Part shown: positions 22,749 to 31,083 of the stretch, piece by piece
How positions within the stretch are numbered: position 1 is the stretch's first letter
How the letters are laid out: each line of letters opens with the position of its first letter
Origin: Octopus sinensis
Taxonomy: Eukaryota
Assembly: GCF_006345805.1 (NCBI RefSeq)
Contig: NW_021832341.1
Coordinates: forward strand, 1 to 31,083
DNA length: 31,083 nucleotides
Reading direction: 5' to 3'
Notes under the pieces: generated by a model
Seen by the model: only the letters and a program-made list of their open reading frames with translations
What the model was told of the DNA's origin: nothing
Databases searched by the model: none
Made by a program: the position numbers and the translations under genes

Positions 22749-22976
22749 TATCATAGTTACATTTGAGAAGGGTCTGCTGACATTATGCAACAAGAACAAC
22801 ACTTGAGATTTGTAGAGGAATGAGAGTGTTTGACATTCACGCTTCTTCTCAAGTGCTGTAAGGTGTTCAGAGAATTTAATCAACAGGTGTCTTGGATTTA
22901 AATGTGTTCATCTTATATTGATGAGGAACCTAACTTTTCTGCAGTTTGAAAAATTCCTAAGTGAAAAACAAAATGC

Positions 22977-22977
<1 letters not shown>

Positions 22978-23045
<68 letters not shown>
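22978..23045. repeat. (TAA)n microsatellite
   Basis: Near-pure run. Confidence 0.95.
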
Positions 23046-23047
<2 letters not shown>

Positions 23048-23102
23048 AGTTCTATATTTAAGAGATGAGAAATTATGTACGTTAATCACATTATGTACAT
23101 TT

Positions 23103-23274
23103 GACGGATATTTGTTCTCGTCTTATTTATTGTTAACACAACGTTTCGGCTGATGTACCCTCTAGGAATGAGAACCCAGGTTTGAAATTTCCCCAAGACA
23201 CCTGATGAAGGCTGGAGGGTATATCAGCCGAAACATTGTGTTAACAACAAATAAGATGAGGACAAATATCCATC
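23103..23274. mobile_element. palindromic Penelope-like terminal (pLTR) relic
   Basis: ~60-bp inverted arms at 23103-23165 and 23213-23274 (ggatatttgttctcgtcttattt...cgtttcggctgat / atcagccgaaac...aaataagatgaggacaaatatcc). Confidence 0.75.
23197..23242 (+). ncRNA. minimal type I hammerhead ribozyme motif
   Basis: GACAC-CTGATGA-A-GGCTG(loop)CAGCC-GAAAC-ATT-GTGTT: stem I 5 bp, core CUGAUGA, stem II 5 bp, GAAA; the stem III palindrome is ACAT rather than ACGT. Confidence 0.7.
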
Positions 23275-23276
23275 TA

Positions 23277-23430
23277 GGTGTAGGAGTGGCTGTGTGGTAA
23301 GTAGCTTGCTTACTAACCACATGGTTCTGGGTTCTGTCCCACTGCGTAGCACCTTGGGCAAGTGTCTTCTACTATAGCCTTGGCTGACCAAAGCCTTGTC
23401 AGTTGATTTAGTTGACAGAAACTGAAAAGA
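23277..23430 (+). mobile_element. SINE family A 5' half
   Basis: ggtgtaggagtggctgtgtggtaagtagcttgc...gacagaaactgaaaaga. Confidence 0.9.
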
Positions 23431-23434
23431 CCTT

Positions 23435-23822
23435 AACCAATAGAGCTGACGATATGTGCATTTCTGATCACGATGAGAAGTAGTGGGGGAGCATTATAGC
23501 CATGTGTTGGGAGGAGTTCTTTGGGGGGGTTTTTAATAATTCACACCTGGAAACATGTGTTTTGTTCAACATCCTTACACAACCCTTATTCAGGGACCAT
23601 TTGAGCGGGATGGGTTACTCGACCAGAAGAAAATTCTAACTGGGCCCCACCTGCAAGGTCATGCGCTGTTAATCTTGATATGAGATCACCATGTCGCGCA
23701 CATATGGTTGTGATGCATGTGCCTGGTGTACCCTAATCAGACGGGTAGTCATGATGGGTTATATACTGGGCTTCATATATTTTACCCCAGTGTCACTTTG
23801 ATGGATGCACTGCTGCTCACTC

Positions 23823-23858
<36 letters not shown>
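23435..23858 (+). mobile_element. retroposon 3' segment with (TAA)n tail (family E)
   Basis: GC-richer segment ending gtgtcactttgatggatgcactgctgctcactc followed by (aat)n; single copy in this window, recalled as a common octopus repeat. Confidence 0.5.
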
Positions 23859-23860
<2 letters not shown>

Positions 23861-24954
23861 TATGAGGTGAAATTCTTGTATGTTTAAGGTCCTTGAAGCA
23901 AAAGGTAAGAACGCAAACCACTTCAGCTCTTGCAAAACAGATTGGTACAAAAAACTGTACTATATTATTTTGGTACACATTGAATGGAGGAGAACTATAT
24001 CTCTCCCTTTAGATTCTTTTATTTGTGACTGCAAAATTACTTGAGAATTTTTGTAAAGATTAAAGGAACAGAAAAATAATATCAAAGAATTGTGAAAAAT
24101 AATTACCTGACTTGAAGTGTTTTTAAACATTTTTGGCTTTTGTTTTTTCAATCTTTTCTCATTTTCTCCTACTTCAGTCTGTTTTTAAACAAATATCTGT
24201 CATTTTTATATGTGAATTTAATTCCACATTGCTGTCTTCAAGCTAAATTTTTTACTTGTGATACTGAAGAAAAACAATTGGAAAAAAAATGTGATTTTTT
24301 TTTTTTATTACAGAAGTATTTGTTTTGTTGTTAGTTTATGGAAATTCTACACATATATACACACATTCATGTATGCAGTCATATATACATGCTGATGTAT
24401 ACACAATCCCATAAACTCACATTATACGCACTCACGTATATACATACAATATATTGAAAAAATATTATTGTTTCTTTTTTAAACTAATTAAGTCTAATGA
24501 TAATATTTTTTTAATTAATTAATTGTTGCAATAATTCAATTTGTTTGTAATCAAAATTTAATTTAATCTTCCGAGAATTGACAAGAAATGAAGAATATTT
24601 AAAGTAGAATTCTTAATGGACCTAAACATTGGTTTCTAACTGATGAACATTGTCACAGTTTACTGGGGGAACGAGGACATGGAATTTATGAAAAGCATAA
24701 GCGACACAAATGAAGTGGAACAAATTCAGCTGGGAAAGAAAGCTAGACTTTCACTGGGAGCTTATCTATTTTTTCATGGCTTTTTTCTATCTGATTACTT
24801 TGGTTTCAAATTTTGGCACAAGTCTTGCTGAGATTCTTTGGGAGTTGAATAATTCACCCCTGGAACTATAGTAGGGTACTGTAGATATACAAGTACCAAA
24901 TCCAGTTTAAACCACAAATCGGTCTCCGGGCTGCTATGGTGTAAGTATAAGGAA

Positions 24955-25337
24955 AAAATCAAGGCCTGAAATTTTGGGGGAGGGGACCAGTTGATTACAT
25001 TAACCCCAGTCTGCAATTGGTACTTAATTTATCAACCCCGAAAGGATGAAAGGTATAGTCAACCTCGGCGCAATTTAAACTCAGAACGTAATGGCAGACG
25101 AAATACCTATTTCTTTACTACCCACAAGGGGCTAAACACAGAGGGGACAAACAAGGGCATACAAAGGGGTTAAGTTGATTATATCGACCCTAGTGCTTCA
25201 CTGGTACTTATTTAATCGACCCCAAAAGGATAAAAGGCAAAGTCAACCTCAGCGGATTTTTAAACTCAGGACGTAACGGCAGACGAAATACCACTAAGCA
25301 TTTGCCCAGCATGCTAAGGTTTCTGCCAGTTCACTGC
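24955..25337 (-). mobile_element. SINE family B dimer (full monomer plus headless second monomer)
   Basis: Two tandem Nin-like domains; ggcagacgaaatacc duplicated at ~25093 and ~25278. Confidence 0.85.
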
Positions 25338-25344
25338 CAGTGCA

Positions 25345-25425
25345 GTCTTCTACCTAGGCAGCCTCTGTCAAACCGTCCAACCCATGCCAGAATGGAAAAC
25401 AGATGTCAAAGGACAATGATGATGG
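25345..25425 (+). mobile_element. family C 3' tail fragment
   Basis: aaccgtccaacccatgccagaatggaaaacagatgtcaaa...atgatgatg. Confidence 0.8.
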
Positions 25426-25497
25426 ACATTAAGATAAGCATTTCCTTCACACTTTCATTTCATATTCCAATGAACAAAAAACAATAAAAATATTGTA

Positions 25498-25678
25498 GGC
25501 ACAGGTGTGGCTGTGTGGTAAGAAGCTTGTTTCCCAACCACATGGTTCTGGGTTCAGTCCCACAGCGTGGAACCTTGGGCAAGTGTTTCTTGTTATGATC
25601 TCAGGCCAACCAAAGCCTTGTGAGTGGATTTGGTAAATGGAAACCGAAAGAAGCCCATCATGTGTGTGTGTGTGTGTG

Positions 25679-25721
<43 letters not shown>

Positions 25722-25992
25722 TGTATATATGTGTGTGTGTGTGTGTGCGTGCGTATGTGTGTGTCATTGTGTCTGTGTTTGTCTCCCCACCATCAGTTGA
25801 CAAACTGATGTTGGTATGTTTACATCCCTGCAACCTAGCAGTTCGGCAAAAGAGACTGATACAATAAGTACATGGCTTGCAAAGAATAAGTCCTGGGGTT
25901 GATTTTTTTCAACTAAAAAAAACCCCCTTTAATACGGTGCTCCAGCATGGCTGCAGCCAAATGACTGATTCAAGTAAGAGAATAAAAGAATA
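25498..25992 (+). mobile_element. SINE family A, full length with expanded (TG)n
   Basis: Colinear with 12080-12493. Confidence 0.95.
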
Positions 25993-26084
25993 ATTCAAAC
26001 TGAACATGTCAAAAGAAAAGCAGGTTTGTTTTACCAGCCGATGATCATCAGTCATCATCAATCACCATCAATCATGATAATGAT

Positions 26085-26150
26085 GATTATCATCATTATA
26101 TGTCCTCTTTCCAAACTGGCATGGGTTGGACAGGTTGACAGGAACTGGCA
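26085..26150 (-). mobile_element. family C tail fragment
   Basis: catcatta..tgtcctctttccaaactggcatgggttggacaggttgacagga. Confidence 0.7.
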
Positions 26151-26244
26151 TGATTAGGGGCCGGAAATGAATAATTCTGTGTACTGGAAAATGAAACCCT
26201 TCACTTGTGTGTATGTGTGTGATGTGTTGTGTGTGTGTGGTGTG

Positions 26245-26508
26245 TGTAGCCTTGTCTAGACATCATATGATGGCTCTAAACGAGCATCATCATCATCATC
26301 ATACAAGAGGGGTCATTCATGTCCAGTCTTTCACAAAAACCATTGTCTGACTATGGGGAAAAATATTTCCAATGCTTGGAAACAGGTAAGGGGTTGGCAT
26401 TGCAAAGAGTATGTAGCCATGGAAAATCTGCCCCCAACAAATTCCGTCCGACCCATGCCAGCATAGAAAAGCAGATGTTAAAACTATGATGATTACTATG
26501 ATGATGCT
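26245..26508 (+). mobile_element. family C-related 3' part
   Basis: tgcttggaaacaggtaaggggttggca...gacccatgccagcatagaaaagcagatgttaaaactatgatg. Confidence 0.75.
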
Positions 26509-26813
26509 GCTGATGAATCTGGAATAACTTAGTCTGAACGGTCACTCAATATAATTGAATACTGCACTTAAACAACCATATTTCTCAAGCACAAAGTCAA
26601 ACTTTTTATTCACCTCTGAAATGGTTTTTCACTCTCATGCCAAAGAAGGCCAGATTTCTGAGTATTTTGACTTGATTCCAAGGAATGTAATATTTGGCTG
26701 CAGACACAAAAGACTTCGGAATATTTATTCCATTGTATATTGTGTACACTTACAGCAAACACAGCACAGTGGTTCCTTTGTTTTTAAGATTAGAGCATAT
26801 TGTAAAAATCTTC

Positions 26814-26819
<6 letters not shown>

Positions 26820-26847
<28 letters not shown>

Positions 26848-26950
26848 TGTGTGTGTGTATATATATATATATATATGTGTGTATAATATAATATATATAT
26901 TATATATTATATATATTATATATATATATATATATTATACATATATATAC

Positions 26951-27024
<74 letters not shown>

Positions 27025-27030
27025 GTATAC

Positions 27031-27061
<31 letters not shown>

Positions 27062-27066
27062 ATATG

Positions 27067-27113
<47 letters not shown>

Positions 27114-27241
27114 CTATATAATATATATATATATATATGTATACATATATATATATTATACATATATATACATATATATATATATATAACATATATACAT
27201 ATATATATATATATATATACATATAATATATATATATATAT

Positions 27242-27280
<39 letters not shown>

Positions 27281-27305
27281 TATATACATATATATATATA
27301 TATAC
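26820..27305. repeat. long (TA)n-rich tract
   Basis: Direct inspection. Confidence 0.95.
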
Positions 27306-27339
27306 TGTATGTGTGTTAGTGTGTGCGTATTCTTATTTT

Positions 27340-27680
27340 TTTTATCTTTCAGTTGTTTTGGCCTTTAGGCTGTGGCCATGCTGGGGTACTGCCTGGAAGA
27401 ATTTTAGTTGAATAAATTGACATGACTACTGGTTTTTTTTTTTGTTAATATCTGGTACTTATTCTATCAGTCTCTTTTTGCTGAACTGTCTAGTTACGGA
27501 ACTTAATCATACCAATGCCGATTGTCAAGCGGTGGTAGGGCAGAGGAGAAACACACACACACACACACAAGATGGGCTGCTTTCAGTTTCCGTCGACCAA
27601 ATCTACTCACAAGGCTTTGGTCGGCCTAAGGCTATAGTTGAAGACACTTATCTAAGGTGCCACGCAGTGGGACTGAACCT
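27340..27680 (-). mobile_element. SINE family A, 5'-truncated
   Basis: ctgtggccatgctgg...gtacttattctatcagtctctttttgc...cacgcagtgggactgaacc. Confidence 0.9.
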
Positions 27681-27826
27681 TCAAACCTTGTGTATGTTGC
27701 TTCTGTCATTTTCTTCCTTGTTGGGCAATCAGACGACAGGGTAAACAGATCATACAGCTCTATATTTAACCTCCTAAGCAGACCAAGTGTAAATATGAAC
27801 AGCATATGGGAACCTAACTAAGGAAG

Positions 27827-28205
27827 CACTCCGTTGGTTATGACAACGAGGGTTCCGGTTGATCCGAATCAACGGAACAGCCTGCTCGTGAAATTAATGT
27901 GTAAGTGGCTGAGCACTCCACAGACACATGTACCCTTAACGTAGTTCTCGGGGATATTCAGCGTGACACAGAGAGTGACAAGTCCGGCCCTTTGAAATAC
28001 AGGTACAACAGAAACAGGAAGTAAGAGTGAGAGTAAGTTGTGGTGAAAGAGTACAGCAGGGATCACCACCATCCCCTGCCAGAGCCTCGTGGAGCTTTAG
28101 GTGTTTTCGCTCAATAAACACTCACAACGCCCGGTCTGGGAATCGAAACCACGATCCTATGACCGCGAGTCCGCTGCCCTAACCACAGGGCCATTGCACC
28201 TCCAC
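27827..28205 (-). mobile_element. tRNA-derived SINE family D (tail variant 2), full length
   Basis: Minus-strand head TGGCCCTGTGGTTAGGGCAGCGGACTCGCGGTC...GGTTTCGATTCCC; imperfect TSD atatgggaacc..taaggaag at 27804-27826 and 28206-28229. Confidence 0.9.
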
Positions 28206-28231
28206 ATATGGGAACCAAGATTAAGGAAGGA

Positions 28232-28460
28232 TAGGCGAGCTGGCAGAATCGTTAGAACGCCGGGCAAAATGCTTAGCAGTATTTCGTCTGCCGCTACGTT
28301 CTGAGTTCAAATTCCTCCAAGGTCGACTTTGCCTTTCATCCTTTCGGGGTCGATAAATTAAGTACCAGTTGTGCACTGGGGTCGATGTAATCGACTTAAT
28401 CCATTTGTCTGTCCTTGTTTGTCCCCTCAATGTTTAGCCCCTTGTGGGCAATAAAGAAAT
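28232..28460 (+). mobile_element. SINE family B, tail type 1
   Basis: ggcgagctggcagaatcgttag...gagttcaaattcc...cctttcatcctttcggggtcgataaattaagtacc...gggcaataaagaaat. Confidence 0.9.
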
Positions 28461-28979
28461 ATATATATATATGTGTGTGTGTGTATATATATGTGTGTGT
28501 GTGCATGTGTGTGTATGTATATATATATATATATATGGTACACATGGGGATGCTTCTTTATTCGTTTTGGATAATGAGTATGGCGATTATTTATGAATGA
28601 AAATGTTTGTGTGTGTGTCTATATGCATACATGAGTGTGTATATATAATATATATATATATATGCAACACTTGCACTCTTATAAAGATATAACCAACTTG
28701 GAAAAATATACTCCCTCTGCCCCACCCCCCCCCACCCCACATGATGCTCTGTATTGTAGTTTTTTGCATTCTAATAGAAGACTAAAAGACTAGTAGTTAG
28801 TCGGCTGCTGTTTTTACAGAATTGGTTCCATACATTGCCAGTTGTAGCCACTGACCAATATCGCAGATTGCAGTGAATTAATCTCGCAAAGAACGGAGAG
28901 CATGTTGCTAGCTGATCCTTTAAACCATTGAAACCATTGCAGCAGACATGTTACTCTACAACCACTCTCTCTTTTCTCT

Positions 28980-29254
28980 GTGTATATATGTATATATATA
29001 TATATAAATATGTATGTATGTTTGTGTATATATAATATAAGTGTATGTATGTGTATGTATGTATATGGATCTATATATATGTATGTGTATATATGTATAT
29101 GCATGTATATATATGTATGTACATGCAGTATATGTATATATATATATATATATATATGTATGTACATGCATGTATATATATATATATGTATGTAATGTAT
29201 GTTGTACATGCATGTATATATATATGTATGTATGTATGTATGTACATGCATGTA

Positions 29255-29286
<32 letters not shown>

Positions 29287-29412
29287 CATGCATGTATATA
29301 TATATATATTTATATAATGTATATATATATGTATATGTATGTATATATATAATATATATGTATAGACATCTATATATGTGTGTGTGTGTATATATATACA
29401 CACACACACACT
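28980..29412. repeat. compound TA/TATG microsatellite with repeated gtacatgcatgta units
   Basis: Direct inspection. Confidence 0.95.
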
Positions 29413-29417
29413 GTGTA

Positions 29418-29500
29418 TTATCATCATTTAACGTCCTTTGTCCATGCTGGTATGGGTTGGGTGGTTTGACAGGAGCTGGCACCCCAGAGGACGGCACCAG
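29418..29500 (-). mobile_element. family C tail fragment
   Basis: tcatcatttaacgtcctttgtccatgctggtatgggttgggtggtttgacaggagctggca. Confidence 0.8.
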
Positions 29501-29639
29501 TAACGTGCTAGTGTTGTTCCAATCAACTGTAAGGTATATATGGCTTTGTGCCAGTGTGAAGTACCCGTGACATACTGGGGGTGGGTTAGCAATTCCATTT
29601 ATATATACTGCCTTTGCATGCTCAACATGTTTTACCTCC

Positions 29640-29921
29640 CATTATCATCATCATCACCATCATCACCATCATCATCGTCATCATCATCATCATCATCGTC
29701 ATCATCATCATCATTGTTGTTGCCATCAACAGTGTCATCACCATCATTATGTTCTTCATCCTTCGCTTCATCATCACCATCATCGCTGTCATTGTCATCA
29801 TGATCCTCCTCCTCCTCTTGCTCTTCATTGTTATTGTGATCATCGTCATCACCATCACCATCATCATCTTTATTATCATCACAGCTGTCGTCATCATCAT
29901 TGTCATCACCATCATCATCAC
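29640..29921. repeat. degenerate (CAT)n microsatellite
   Basis: Direct inspection. Confidence 0.95.
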
Positions 29922-29981
29922 TTTACCCAAATGTAGGACTGATCATGTAGCATTTTTTTCTTCTTCACTGCTTTAGATGTT

Positions 29982-30500
29982 CATACACATACACACACAC
30001 ACACATTTATACATACACACATTCACACACACTCATTAATGCACACACACACACACACACATTTAAACATACACACATTCATACATGCTCATTAATGCAC
30101 ACACACACACACACACATTTATACATACACACGTTCACACATGCTCATTAATGCACACATACACACACACACATTTAAACATACACATTCACACACTCTC
30201 ATTAATGCACACACACACATTTATACATACACACATTCATACACGCTCATTAATGCACACACACACACACACACACATTTAAACATACACACATTCATAC
30301 ATGCTCATTAATGCACACACACACACACACATTTATACATACACACGTTCACACATGCTCATTAATGCACACATACACACACACACATTTAAACATACAC
30401 ATTCACACACTCTCATTAATGCACACACACACATTTATACATACACACATTCATACACGCTCATTAATGCACACACACACACACACACACATGCATTAAC
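29982..30500. repeat. ~43-bp CA-rich minisatellite with a ~216-bp higher-order duplication
   Basis: Unit ctcattaatgca(ca)n-ttta(a/t)acatacacacattca; the variant order starting at 30085 recurs at 30301. Confidence 0.9.
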
Positions 30501-30887
30501 ACATGTACGCACATGCACAGACATTCAAACATTACACTGCTGGCTGTTTGATTGCAAAGTCAATTTGTGTGAAGAGATCAGTTATTTATGAAGACTTGTT
30601 GGCTGATACGCGTGTGTATATATGTGTATATATGTATGTATGTCTGTCTGTATGTATGTATGTATGTATGTATGTATGTATGTATGTATGTGTATGTGTG
30701 CTTGTGTGTTTTTATTCAATAAAGAGAATGGAATAAAGATTGCTATAATATCTGTTAATAAATATTTTATATAATCAAATGTTGTTGTTCTTGTTGGTGG
30801 TGGTGGTGGTGGATGTGATGTTGTTGTTCTTGTTGTTGCTGTTGCTAACATGCCCCTGCCATTGGGCTTGCATCACATTATTGTGTT

Positions 30888-31055
30888 GCCATTCACAATT
30901 CCCACCTCCCCCTACACCCCCATTCACAATTATCTCCTCCCCCTACACCCCCATTCACAATTCCCGCCTCCCACCACACCCCCATTCACAATTATCTCCT
31001 CCCACTGCCCCCCCCCATTCACAATTCTCTCCTCCCCGCTACATCCCATTCATAA
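30888..31055. repeat. ~32-bp C-rich minisatellite
   Basis: ccattcacaatt recurs five times plus one degenerate copy. Confidence 0.9.
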
Positions 31056-31083
31056 CAACTGCTCTACAACATCTCTCATCTCC

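Noticed and set aside
22800-22855. Pre-miRNA-like hairpin cacttgaga...tctcaagtg
   Set aside because: Only 9 + 5 bp pair with a poorly paired middle; no match to a miRNA I recognise
24605-24831. Short protein-like ORFs (RILNGPKHWFLTDEH... and MNIVTVYWGNED...)
   Set aside because: No convincing acceptor, no recognisable domain, lengths compatible with chance
29540-29976. Poly-Ser, poly-Ile and poly-Met ORFs
   Set aside because: (CAT)n microsatellite
1-31083. Novel multi-gene system (defence island, operon, retron)
   Set aside because: No intact genes and no prokaryotic or viral features; content is explained by eukaryotic repeats

Overview
AT-rich, repeat-saturated animal non-coding DNA (intron or intergenic). 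The SINE repertoire and very dense (TA)n/(CA)n/(CAT)n/(TAA)n microsatellites strongly resemble an Octopus (coleoid cephalopod) genome; this is recognition, not a database result. I see no confident host gene, and almost all listed ORFs are microsatellite or SINE artefacts. The only convincing protein-coding remnant is the C-terminal restriction-like endonuclease (RLE) region of a Dong/R4-type non-LTR retrotransposon (19117-19544, minus), embedded in a (TAA)n tract. Also present: about 30 copies or fragments of 5-6 SINE-like families (A-F, my own labels), several nested or inverted; four classes of non-autonomous DNA element (mariner-like MITE, hAT MITE, piggyBac-like MITEs, Helentron/HINE-like insert); a Penelope-type palindrome carrying a minimal hammerhead ribozyme; four minisatellites; and a few weak mini-exon candidates. 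I found no evidence for a new multi-gene system. The most interesting signals are retroelement and RNA-structure features. Repeat boundaries were read by eye and are approximate unless TIRs or TSDs are quoted.
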